Shown here: piece after piece, positions 24,195 to 36,095 of the stretch
Numbering within the stretch: the first letter of the stretch is position 1
Layout: every line of letters begins with the position of its first letter
Source of the DNA: Mobula hypostoma
Taxonomy: Eukaryota
Assembly (NCBI RefSeq): GCF_963921235.1
Contig: NC_086097.1
Coordinates: 103,790,001-103,854,000 of the forward strand
Direction of reading: 5' to 3'
Length of the DNA stretch: 64,000 nucleotides
Made by a program: the position numbers and the translations under genes
The notes under the pieces: model-generated
What the model was told of the DNA's origin: nothing
Databases searched by the model: none
Seen by the model: only the letters and a program-made list of their open reading frames with translations

Positions 24195-26510
24195 AAAGTT
24201 GCCACATGCAGAATAAACAATTATACATCCCCCTAACGCCTTCACCATCATTTTGGGGGATTTTAACCAAGCCAGTCTGAACAAAATTGCTAAGCAATTA
24301 CCATCAACAGATCCCTTGCAATACTAGAGGAAACAACCCACTGGACCATTGTTATACCACCATCAAGAATACCTACCATGCTATTCCATGCCCTCGCTTC
24401 GGGAAGTCTGATCACCTAGCTGTACTTCTACGCCCCGAGTATAGGCAGAGACTGAAGACTGCAGCACCAGCAGTGAGGACCAAGAAGGGAAGCACAGGAG
24501 CACTTACAGGACTGCTTTGAATCGATGGACTGGACTGTATTCAAGGATTCATCTTCGAGCCTGGATGAGTATGTTGCAGTTGTTACCGACTTCATTAAAA
24601 CCTGTGTGGATGAGTGTGTGCCTACAAAGACTTACTGTACATTCCCAAACCAAAAGCCGTGGATGAACCAGGAGGTACATCGTCTGCTGAAGGCTAGATC
24701 TGTGGCATTCAAGTCCGGTGACCCAGGTCTGTACCAGAAAACCAGGTATGATTTGCGGAAGGCTATTTCAAGGGAGAAGAGACAATCTTGAACGAGGTTG
24801 AAGACGACATTGAATGTAAGACAACTTTGGCAGGGTTTGCAAGACATTATTTCCCACAAAGTGAAACCCAATAGCATGAATGGCAGCGATGCTTCACTGC
24901 CTTCTATGCCCACTTTGAAAGGGAGAATATAACTACAGCTGTGAAGATCCCTGCTGCACCTGATGACCCTGTGATCTCTGTCTCAGAGGCCGATGTTAGG
25001 CCGTCTTTAAAGAGAGTGAACCATCGCAAGGCAGAAGGTCCCGATGGAGTACCTGGTAAGGCTCTGAAAACTGTACCAATCAACTGGCGGGTGTATTCCA
25101 GAACATTTTCAACCTCTCACTGCTGCAGGCTGAAGTTCCCACTTGCTTCAAAAAGGTAACAATTATACCAGTGCCTAAGAATAATGTGAGCTGCCTTAAC
25201 GACTATTGTCCGGTAGCACTCACATCTACAGTGATGAAATGGTCTGAGAGGTTGGTCATGACTAGACTTATCTCCTGCCTCAGCAAGGACCTGGACTCAT
25301 TGCAATTTGCCTATCGCCACAATAGGTTAATGGCAGACGCAATCTCAATGGCTCTCCACATGGCTTTAGACCACTTGGACAACACAAACACCTATGTCAT
25401 TGACTGTAACTTAGCATTTAAAAGCATCATTCCCACAATCCTGATTGAAAAGGTATAGAACCTCGGCCTCTGTACCTCCCTCTGCAATTGGATCCTTGAC
25501 TTCCTAACTGGAAGACCACAATCTGTGTGGATTGGTGATAACATCTCCTCCTCGCTGACGATCAACACTGGTGCACCTCAGGGGTGTGTACTTAGCCCAC
25601 TGCTCTACTCTCTCTATAGCCATGACTGTGTGGCTAGGCATAGCTCAAATACCATCTGTAAATTTGCTGATAATACAACCATTGTTGGTAGAGTCTCAGG
25701 TGGTGACAAGAGGGCGTACAGGAGTGAGATATGCCAACTAGTGGAATGGTGCCGCAGCAACAACCTGGCACTCAATGTCAGTAAGGCAAAAGAGCTGATT
25801 GTGGACTTCAGGTAGGGTAAGACGAAGGAACACATACCAATCCTCAGAAGGATTGAGCAGTTTCAGATCTAACCTGATCCCAATACATCGATACAGTTAT
25901 AAAGAAGGCAAGAAAGCAACTATATTTCATTAGGAGTTTGAAGAGATGTAGTATGTCAACAAATACCTCCAAAAACTTCTATAGATGTACCGTGGAGAGC
26001 ATTCTGACAGGCTGCATTCACTGTCTGGTATGGGGGGGGGGGGTGGCTTCTGCACAGGACCGAAAGAAGCTGCAGAAGGTTGTAAATTTAGTCGGCTCCA
26101 TCTTGGGTACCAGCCTACAAAGTACCCAGGTCATCTTTAAGGAGCAGTGTCTCAGAAAGGCAGTGTATACTAAGTCCTTCAGCACCCAGGGCATGCCCTT
26201 TTCTCACTGTTACCATCAGGTAGGAGGTACAGAAGCCCAAAGGCACACACTCAACGATTCAGGAACAGCTTCTTCCCCTCAGTCATCCGATTCCTAAATG
26301 GACATTGAACCCTTGAACACGACCTCATTTTTAAATACTATATGTATTATTTCTGTTTCTGGCACAATTTTTAATCTATTCAACATATGTATACTGTAAT
26401 TAGTTTACTTATTTATTTGCTTTCTTCTATATTATGTATTGCATTGAACTGCTGCTGCTAAGTTAACAAATTTCACGACACATGCTGGCGATAATAAACC
26501 TGATTCTGAT
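24195..26510 (+). mobile_element. Rex1/Babar LINE, 5'-truncated and decayed
   Basis: EN: ILGDFN, CNTRGNNPLDHCY, GKSDH. Linker: [38 protein letters not shown]. Tail aataaacctgattctgatt. Confidence 0.9.
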
Positions 26511-26989
26511 TAGCTTAGGAAACAATTTATATTTATGTTGCAATTTCCAAGCAATATAGTACTACTGCTGCCATTACTAAACCCTTGCTATTTCCTCTGT
26601 TAACCTCACTTCCTTACCCTTCCTACAACAGGTACAATAGTCATTAGTCTAATCAGATTATTTAAAATCAGATTAAATTTCCATTTCTCTATCAGAACAT
26701 CTCAGAACCAGAAGGGCCAAATATACGTAGCATACTGTGGCTGGTTAAAGCGTTCAGGAAAAACTTGCCGTCTTTGCATGGAACATAACCCCACTTTGCT
26801 ACTTCAATAAGACTGCAAACATAACTTGATTCTCCTGCCATAACTACACATGCATATTAGCTGTAATATTATGATCACTTGCAATGGAACCCTCATCCTC
26901 ATTCGTTTCAAAACAACATACAGTACTTGATACCCAAACCCATGTATCACAATAACTTTAACACCTCTTCAAAGCAAAGATTTAATATA

Positions 26990-27105
26990 CAAGCAACACA
27001 CATCAAAGTTGCTGGTGAATGCAGCAGGCCAGGCAGCATCTCTAGGAAGAGGTACAGTTGACATTTCAGGCCGAGACCCTTCGTCAAGACTAACTGAAGG
27101 AAAAG
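26990..27105 (-). mobile_element. Penelope terminal (pLTR) fragment with a degenerate hammerhead motif
   Basis: Near-identical to 17271-17367. The core reads TTGACGA...GAAATGTC on minus. Confidence 0.85.
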
Positions 27106-27641
27106 TCAGTATCAAAGTACGTACACAGAATATAACTGAGATTTGTCCTTCTGCAAGCAGCCACAAAACAAAGAAACACCATGGAACCCATTCCAGAAAA
27201 CATCAAACACCCCAGGCACAAAAAGAACACAAACTGCACACACAGCATAAAGAAAGTGGACAACACATAGAATATCAGCCATCAAACCAGAAGTCCAGTG
27301 GTATTCAGTTTCGTTGAGTTCAGCGTCAAACCTCTAGCCAACTGCAGGCCGCAGGACAAAGCATTCTTCGCTGAAGCACCCCAGACCACACCAATCGTCC
27401 CAATCAAACTGCTCAAAAACAGCAAGAAGAGGAACCAGAATCCAGGAACATGTGCACCATGAGCCCCAAATTCCCCCAAAATGAGTCTACGGTCTCCCTG
27501 ATCAATCCTTGCAATATGTATCCCAAGTCTCCTGCACTTTACTCCGACAGCAACTAGCAGACAACACCCAACACCTGCCCGTCCTCCATTCTCATCCTCA
27601 TCGACATCAACCTTGCTCAACCCCTCAAATGAAGAGAAGCA

Positions 27642-29020
27642 TTCATTTGACATCGGTAGTGGTTAAGTTATTGGAGGGAGTACTAAGAGACAGAATCTAC
27701 AAGCATTTGGATAGTCAGGGACTTATTAGGGAGAGTCAACATGGCTTTGTGCGTGGTAGGTCATGTTTGACCAATCTATTGGAGTTTTTCGAGGAGGTTA
27801 CCAGGAAAGTGGATGAAGGGAAGGCAGTGGATATTGTCTACATGGACTTCAGTATGGCCTTTGACAAGGTCCCGCATGGGAGGTCAGTTTGCAAAATTCA
27901 GTCGCTAGGGATACATGGAGAGGTGGTAAATTGGATTAGACATTGGCTCAATGGAAGAAGCCAAAGAGGGGTGGTAGTAGAGAATTGCTTCTCAGAGTGG
28001 AGGCCTGTGACTAGTGGTGTGCCACAGGGATCAGTGCTGGGTCCATTGTTATTTGTCATCTATATCAATGATCTGGATGATAATGTGGTAAATTGGATCA
28101 GCAAATTTGCTGATGATACAAAGATTGGAGGTGTAATAGACAGTGAGGAAGGTTTTCAGAGCCTGCAGAGGGACTTGGACCAGCTGGAAAAACGGGCTAA
28201 AAAATGGCAGATGGAGTTTAATACAGACAAGTGTGAGGTATTGCACTTTGGAAGGACAAACCAAGGTAGAACATACAGGGTAAATGGTAAGGCACTGAGG
28301 AGTGCAGTGGAACAGAGGGATCTGGGAATACAGATACAAAATTCCCTAAAAGTGGCGTCACAGGTAGATAGGGTCGTAAAGAGAGCTTTTGGTACATTGG
28401 CCTTTATTAATCAAAGTATTGAGTATAAGAGCTGGAATGTTATGAGGAGGTTGTATAAGGCATTGGTGAGGCCGAATCTGGAGTATTGTGTTCAGTTCTG
28501 GTCACCAAATTACAGGAAGGATATTAATAAGGTCGAAAGAATGCAGAGAAGGTTTACAAGGATGTTGCCGGGACTTGAGAAACTGAGTTACAGAGAAAGG
28601 TTGAATAGGTCAGGACTTTATTCCCTGGAGCGTAGAAGAATGAGGGGAGATTTGATAGAGGTGTATAAAATTATGATGGGTATAGATAGAGTGAACGCAA
28701 GCAGGCTTTTTCCACTGAGGCAAGGGGAGAAAAAAAAAACAGAGCACATGGGTTAAGGGTGAGGGGGGAAAAGTTTAAAGGGAACATTGGGGGGGCTTCA
28801 TCACACAGAGAGTGGTGGGAGTATGGTGAGCTGCCAGATGAGGTGGTAAATGCGGGTTCTTTTTTAACATTTAAAAATAAATTGGACAGATACATGGATG
28901 GGAGGTGTATGGAGGGATATGGTCCGTGTGCAGGTCAGTGGGACTAGGCAGAAAATAGTTCGGCACAGCCAAGAAGGGCCAAAAGGCCTGTTTCTGTGCT
29001 GTAGTTTTTCTATGGTTTCT
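27642..29020 (+). mobile_element. Young 5'-truncated CR1 LINE with an open RT frame
   Basis: The CR1 part of ORF 27509-28756 has ESQHGF, GVPQGSVLGPLLF, KFADDTK and RPNLEYCVQFW. Tail ttttctatggtttct. Candidate TSD aagca at 27637-27641 and 29021-29025. Confidence 0.92.
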
Positions 29021-30047
29021 AAGCAATGGAGTCAATCCCGGGCTTATGCCCTCAACACCTCAAATTGGAGAGAAGCAACAAAGTTGATCATGGGTTCATG
29101 TCGTTGATGCCTCAATCAGACAGGAGGAACGGAGTCCATCGTGGGCTCTCACCCTCCATGTCTCAATTGGAGAGAAGCAACAGAGTTGATCTTGGGCTTG
29201 CACCATCGACACCTCAATCAGAGAGAAGCAACGGAGTCAATCACAGGCTCGCACCCTCGATGCCTCAATTGGAGTAAAGCAATGGAGTTGATCATGGGAT
29301 CACACCCTCGACGTCTCAACCGGAGAGAAACAATGGAATTGATCACAAGCTCGCACCATCGACACATCAATCGGAGAAGTAATGGAGTCAATCACGGGCT
29401 CGCACCCTCGATGCCTCAACTGGAGAGAAGCAACAGAGTTGATCTTGGGCTCACACCTTCGACACCTCAATCGGAGAGAAGCAACGGAGTCATTCACAGG
29501 CTCGCGTCCTCCACACCTCAATCGGAGGAAAGCAATGGAGTTGATTACGTGCTCACACCCTTGCTGCCTCAATTGGAGAGAAGCAATGGAGTCATGTCCT
29601 CAACGTCTCAATCAGAGAGAAGCAATAGAGTCGATCATGGGCTCATGCCCTCGACGCCTCAATCGGAAAGAAGCAGAGTCCATCATGTGCTTGCACCCTT
29701 GATGCTTCAATCGGAGAGAAGCAATGGAGTTGTTCACAGGCTCGCTCCACAATTCCTCAATCGGAGCGAAACAATGGAGTCAGCCACGTGCTCACACCTT
29801 CGACGTCTCAACTGGAGAGAAGCGACAGAATCCATCACAGGCTCATGCCCTGGATGCCTCAGACAGGAGCAACGGAGTCGATCGTGGGCTCTCACCCTCA
29901 ACGTCTCAATCAGAGAGAAGCAACAGAGTCGATCACAGGCTTACACCCTTGATGCCACAATTAGAGAGAAACAATGGAGTGTATCTTGGGCTCACACCCT
30001 CAAAGGTTCAATTAGAGAGGAGCAACGGAGTCGATTATGGGCTCATG
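29021..30047 (+). repeat. Minisatellite of about 20 degenerate copies of a 51-bp unit
   Basis: Eye-derived consensus GAGAGAAGCAACGGAGTCGATCACGGGCTCGCACCCTCGACGCCTCAATCG. Units start at 29170, 29221 and 29272 (51-bp period). The ORF track shows the matching 17-aa periodicity. Confidence 0.93.
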
Positions 30048-30159
30048 TCCAGTCTCCAGGCTTTCAGGCCTCCAGGCCACACATTCCACTCACAAATCTC
30101 CCTCAGAGATAGCAAAGCTCCAGATAGCTCAATTGGGCCAAAAAACAGCCATAAAATGT

Positions 30160-30274
30160 AAACAACACACATCAAAGTTGCTGGTGAACGCAGCAGGCCA
30201 GGCAGCATCTCTAGGAAGAGGTACAGTCAATGTTTCAGGCCGTTTCAGGACCTGACGAAGGGTCTCGGCCTGAA
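30160..30274 (-). mobile_element. Penelope terminal fragment with a fold-back junction
   Basis: Inverted pLTR (acacacatcaaagttgctgg...tgtttcaggccg) is joined to a forward cctgacgaagggtctcggcctgaa. Confidence 0.8.
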
Positions 30275-31692
30275 TAATATTTGAAAAAACTAGTAAAAGA
30301 TGTAATTTTGTGAACTGTCTATAGGACATTGCCACTGGTTGCGTTATTCGCTGGCACCATCTTGGTTACGGTTTTGAATGAGTATGGTACTTATTTTAAG
30401 CACTCAAAAATAGCAGAAAAACACAAAATTCCTTTAAAAAAACTTCGTAAATCTTTTTTTGCAATAATTTTATACATTTTCTCTACAAATATTCCAATGC
30501 AGCATTTCTCCAGTATTAAATGCGACCAGTCCTTTGAAAATATCTGAGGGATTAATATTTAAATGATCAACTTAAACTGCAAATTCATTACTGCAACTGA
30601 ATAAAGATATCAATCCCACTAATCTGAAGAGGATTATTAAGGATTTAAAATATCCCTCATAGGCAGCAAGTAGCAAGCTCAGACATGTAACCTCTTTGTA
30701 CAAGCCTACAAAATGTGTAATATAACTCCTACACAACACTCCAAATTGAAAACACCTTGCACTCTCATAAGAATGACAAGTTAAACTATAAAGCTGCAGT
30801 TCTCCTGTCCAACTGATACTTAGCACATGATGGCCATAAATATTCTTCATATTTCAAAACTAAAATACTTAGCCTATTGTGACATTGTTGAAAGCTCATT
30901 ATATATTAGGGTATGACTCAGTTCTACAAATAAACTAGGTGAAGGGCCAAATTTTAAGAATACTAGTTACTGACAAAACATGGGATAAATGAGAGGCAGG
31001 AAAGTATATCTGGTTTGGAGTTTGCAAAAAGGGAAGAACATGTCAGTCTAAGTACTCAAATTAGGAAAAGCATTAGGGAGGAAATTTCTCCAAATTTATG
31101 TAATTGTTAACTGTTTAAGGTACAATTCACTGGAAGAACTCAACAGAGTGAGAAGCACCCGTTGGGGGGAGGAGTGGGGGTGGGGATTAGAGGAAGGAAT
31201 GGTCGGCATCTTGGGACTCAACACTGCATCAGAAAATTGCTACTTGACCTTCAGAGTTCCCCTACCAGATTGCTCCAGATTCCAGCATCCAGACTCCTGT
31301 GTCAACATTTCTGTTTTCAAAAGTCAGGCGTTTTTCACTGAAAAATAAAAAATCAGGGTTCTGCCAACCCATCCCCCAGGGAATGCAGGTTATGAAGTTG
31401 AAGTGCAGGCACTAGGATCAGCAGAAGTAGGCATTTCTCTTTCCCATGACTAACTACTGCACAACCATCAAACCAAGTGAGATTTAAGATGCTTCCTGAC
31501 TTTTGCAGTTACACCAAGAAATTCAGTTCATTTTTGCTTCCTTTTAAACATGTTTTATAAAACAAAACCTACTAAAATACTTTTTTTTGAAGTTTTCATT
31601 TTCTTTACTAGGGACATTCTGGTTCATGCCAAGTTATTGTGTTGCGTGAAAGCTGAATATCATCGAAGAGAAACAACTCTAGGCATTAATGC

Positions 31693-34600
31693 ATAGAAAC
31701 ATAGAAAACCTACAGCACAATACAGGCCCTTTGGCCCACAAAGCTGTACCGAACATGTCCCTACCTTAGAAATTACCTAGGGTTAACCCATAGCCCTCTA
31801 TTTTTCTGAGCTCCATGTACCTGTCCAGGAGTCTCTTAAAAAACCCTATTGTATCCGCCTCCACCACCATCGCCAGCAGCCCACTCCACACACTCACCAC
31901 TCTCTGCATAAAAAAACTTAACCCTGACATCTCCTCTGTACCTACTCCCAAGCACCTTAAACCTGTGCCCTCTCATGCTAGCCATTTCAGCCCTGGGATA
32001 AAACCTCTGACTATCCACACGATCAATGCCTCTCCCATCTTGTACACCTCTATCAGGTCACCTCTCATCCTCCATCGCTCCAAGGAAAAAAGGCTAAGTT
32101 CACTCAACCTATACTCATAAGGCATGCTCCCCAATCCAGGCAACATCCTTGGAAATCTCCTCTGCACCCCTTCTATGGTTTCCAACATCCTTTCTGTAGT
32201 GAGGTGACCAGAACTGAGCACGGTACTCCAAGTGGGGTCTGACCAGGGCCCTATATAGCTGCAACATTACCTCTCGGCTCCTAAACTCAATCCCACAATT
32301 GATGAAGGCTAATTCACTGTATGCTTTCTTAACCACACTGTCAACCTGCACAGCAGCCTTGAGTGTCGTATGGACTCAGACCCCAAGATCCCTCAGATCT
32401 TCCATACTGCCAAGAGTCTTATCATTAATACTATATTCTGCCATCATATTTGACCTAGCAAAGTGAACTACCTCACACATAAACAACAGGAATTCTGCAG
32501 ATGCTGGAAATTCAAGCAACACACATCAAAGTTGCTGGTGAACCCAGCAGGCCAGGCAGCATCTGTAGGAAGAGGTGCAGTCGACCTTTCAGGCCGAGAC
32601 CCTCACACATACCTGGGTTGAACTCCATCTGCCAGTTCTCAGCCCAGTTTTTCATCCTATCAATGTCCAGCTGTAACCTCTGACAGCTCTCCACACTATC
32701 CACAACACCCCAACATTTGTGTCATCAATAAATTTACTAACCCATCCAGGTCATTTATAAAAGTCATGGAAAAGCAGAGTCCCTGAACTGATCCCTGAGG
32801 CACACCACTGGTGACCGACCTACATGCAGAACATGACCCATCTACAACCACTCTTTGCCTTCTGTGGGAAAGCCAGTTCTGGATCCACAAAGCAATGTCC
32901 CCTTGGATCCCATGCCTCCTTACTTTCTCACTAAGCCTTGCATGGGATACCTTGTCAAATGCCTTACTGAAATCTATATACACTACATTTACTGCTCGAC
33001 CTTCATCAATGCGTTTAGTCACATCCTCAAAAATTTCAATCAGGTTCATAAGCATGACTTGCCTTTCACAAAGCCATGCTGACTATTCTTAATCGTATTA
33101 TGCCTCTCCAAATGTTCATAAATCTTGCTCCTCAGGATCTTCTCCATCAACTTACCAACCACTGAAGCAAGACTCACCGGTCTATAATTTCCTGGGCTAT
33201 CTTCTACTCTCTTACTTGAAGAATGGAACAACATCTGCAACCCTCCAATCCTCTGGAACTTCTCCCTGATGCTGAAAAGATCATCGCCAGAGGCTCAGTA
33301 ATCTCCTCCCTCACCTCCCACAGTAGACTGGGGTACATCTCGTCCAGTCACGGTGACTTACCCAACTTGATGCTTTTCAAATCCTCTTTAATATCTACAT
33401 GCTCAAGCTTTTCAGTCTTGTAAGTCATCCCTACAATCGCCAAGATCCTTTTCTGTAGTGAATACTGAAGCAAAGTACTCATTAAGAACATCTATCTTCT
33501 CCAGGTCCATACACACTTTTCCACTGTCACACTTGATTGATATTCTCTAACGTCTTGTCCTCTTACTCTTCACATACTTGTAGAATGCCTTGGGGTTTTC
33601 CTTAATCTCATCTGCCAAAGCCCCTTCTGGCTCGCCTAATTTCTTTCTTAAGCTCCTTCCTGCTAGCCTTATAATCTTCCAGATCTCGATCATTACCTAG
33701 CCTTATGAATCTTTGTAAGCTCTTTTCTTCTTGACTAGATTTACAACATCGTTTGTACACCACGGTTCCTGTACCCTACCATCCTTACTCTGTCTCATTG
33801 GAACGTAACTATGCAGAACTCCATGTAAATAGCCCCTGAACATTTGCCACATATCTTCTGTACATTTCCGAGAACATCTGTGCCCAATTTATATTTCCAA
33901 GTTCCTGCCTGATAGCCCATTTCCCTTTACTCCAAACACTTTCCTAACTTGTCTGTTCCTATCCCTCTCCAATGCTATAATAAAGGAGACAGAATTGTGA
34001 TCACTATCTCCAAAATGCTCTCCCACTGAGAGATCTGACACCTGACCAGGTACCAGATCAAGTACAGCCTCTCCTCTTCTAGGCTTATCTACATATTGTG
34101 TCAAGAAACCTTCTTGAACACACCTAACAAACTCCACCCCATCTAAACCCCTCGCTCTAGGGACATGCCAATCGATATTTGGGAAATTAAAATTTCCCAC
34201 CACGACAACCCTGTTATTATTAGAACTTACCAGAATCTGTCTCCCTATCTGCTTCTCGATGTCCCTGTTACTATTGGGTGGTCTATAAAAAACACCCACT
34301 AGAGTTATTGATCCTGTTCTAACTTCCACCCACAGAGACTCCGTAGACAACCCCTCCATGTCTTCCTCCTTTTCTGCAGCCGTGACACTATCTCCCATCA
34401 ACAGTGCCAGGCCCCCATCTCTTTTGCCTCCCTCCCTGTCCTTTCCTGCCCCTGACCCATCCAAGTCTCTGTAATGGCCATAACATCATAGCTGGTCCAT
34501 GCTCTAAGCTCATCCGCTTTGTACATAATACTCCTTGCATTAAAATAGACACATCTCCAACCATTGGTCTGAGCGTGTCTCTTCTCTATCACCTGCCTAT

Positions 34601-35530
34601 CCTCCCTCTCGCACTGTCCCCAAGCTTTCTCTATTTGTGAGCCAACCGCCTCTTCCTCCACCTCTTAAGTTTGGTTCCCACCCCCCAGCAATCCTAGTTT
34701 AAGCTCTCCCCTTAGCAAACCTCCCCACCAGGACATTGGTACCCCTCAGGTTCAAGTGCAACCCATCCTTTTTGTACAGGTCACTCCTGCCTCAGAAGAG
34801 GTCCCAATGATCCAGAAATCTGAATCCCTGACCTCTGCTCCAATCCCTCAGCCACGCATTTATCCTCCACCTCACTCTATTCCTATACTCACTGTCATGT
34901 GGCACAGGCAGTAATCCTGAGATTACTACCTTTGTGGTCCTGCTTCTCAACTTCCTTCCTAACTCCCTGTATACTGTTTTCAGGACCTCCTCCCTTTTCC
35001 TACCTATGTCATTGGTACCAATATATACCACGACCTCTGGCTGTTCTCCTTCCCACTTCAGGATATCGTGACGCGATCAGAAACATCCCGGACGCTGGCA
35101 CCTGGGAGGCAAACTACCATCCGTGCTTCTTTCCTGCATCCACAGAATCGCCTGTCTGACCCCTTAACAATAGAGTCCCCTATCACTGTTGACATCCTCT
35201 TCCTTTCTCTCCCCTTCTGAGCCACAGGGCTAGAATCTGTGCCAGAGGCGCAGCCACTGTTCCTTCCCCCAGGTAGGCTGTCCCCCTCAAGAGTACTCAA
35301 GCAGCAGTACTTATTGTCAAGGTGTACAGCCACAAGGGTGCTCTCTAGCATCTGACTGCTGTCCTTCCCTCTCCTGACTGTGACCCACTTATCTGTCTCC
35401 CCAAGCCCCGATGTGACTACCTGCCTATAGCTCCTTCCTATCACCTCCTCACTCTTCCTGACCAGACTAAGGTCATTGAGCTGCATCTCCAGTTCCCTAA
35501 TGCGGTCCCCAAGGAGCTGCAGCTCGATGC
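31693..35530 (-). mobile_element. Near full-length decayed CR1 LINE
   Basis: Tail catagaaacatagaaaacc (+); RT remnants 32115-33240; EN (GVFYRPPNS, VVVGNFNFPNIDW, GDSDHN; 33889-34464); ORF1 esterase remnants (VIGDSIVKG, VYIGTNDIG; 34792-35486). Confidence 0.9.
32482..32600 (-). mobile_element. Penelope terminal fragment inserted in CR1, with an 11-bp TSD
   Basis: cctcacacata at 32471-32481 and 32601-32611. The insert matches the pLTR at 17783-17895. Confidence 0.88.
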
Positions 35531-35619
35531 ACTAGCTGGTAATCAATCATCCACTCAGGGAAATTTTCTCCAGATTTACTTTTGATTTGTTCTTACAGTA
35601 TATAAAATTAATTTTATGC

Positions 35620-36095
35620 AAAGTTCAAAGAAAAATTATCAACATACCATGTTACCATATACTACCATGAGATTCATTTTCTTGTAGGCATTCACACTGA
35701 ATACAAACAATAGAACCAATGAAAAACTGCACACAAAGAGACAAACAACCAATTTGCGAAAAACAAATTATGCAACTACAACAAAGAAAATAAAACAAAA
35801 TAAGTAATAAGTATTGAGAACATGAGTTATAGAGTCATTGAAAGTGAGTCTATAGGTGTAGAATCAGTTCAGCGTTGGGGTGAGTGAAGTACCCCCTCTG
35901 GTTCAAGAGCCTGATGATTGAGTAATAACTTCCTGAACCTGATGGTGTGGGCCCTGACCTCTAGTAGCTCCTTCCTGATAGGAGCAGTGAGAAGATAGCA
36001 TGACCTGGATGGTCAAGGTCCTTGATGATGGATGCTGCTTTCCTGCGATAGTGCTCCTTGCAGATGAGTTCAATGGTGGGGAGGATCTTACCTAG
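35620..36095 (-). mobile_element. Degenerate Rex1-type LINE 3' end
   Basis: Similar on the opposite strand to ~26100-26290 (e.g. gtccttgatgatggatgctgctttcctg). Confidence 0.55.

Noticed and set aside
27509..28756. 415-aa ORF as a host gene
   Set aside because: It is a truncated CR1 RT read through by chance from unrelated upstream sequence.
29021..30047. Regularly spaced repeats suggesting a CRISPR array
   Set aside because: The whole 51-bp unit is repeated, with no unique spacers. There are no cas genes and the context is eukaryotic.
29141..30112. 323-aa ORF as a repeat-protein gene
   Set aside because: Openness follows from a 51-bp stop-poor unit. Several frames are open, indels shift the repeat between frames, and I saw no gene structure.
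30280..31690. Mostly non-repetitive AT-rich stretch with short ORFs
   Set aside because: No recognisable protein motifs or exon structure. Non-coding conservation cannot be judged without alignments.
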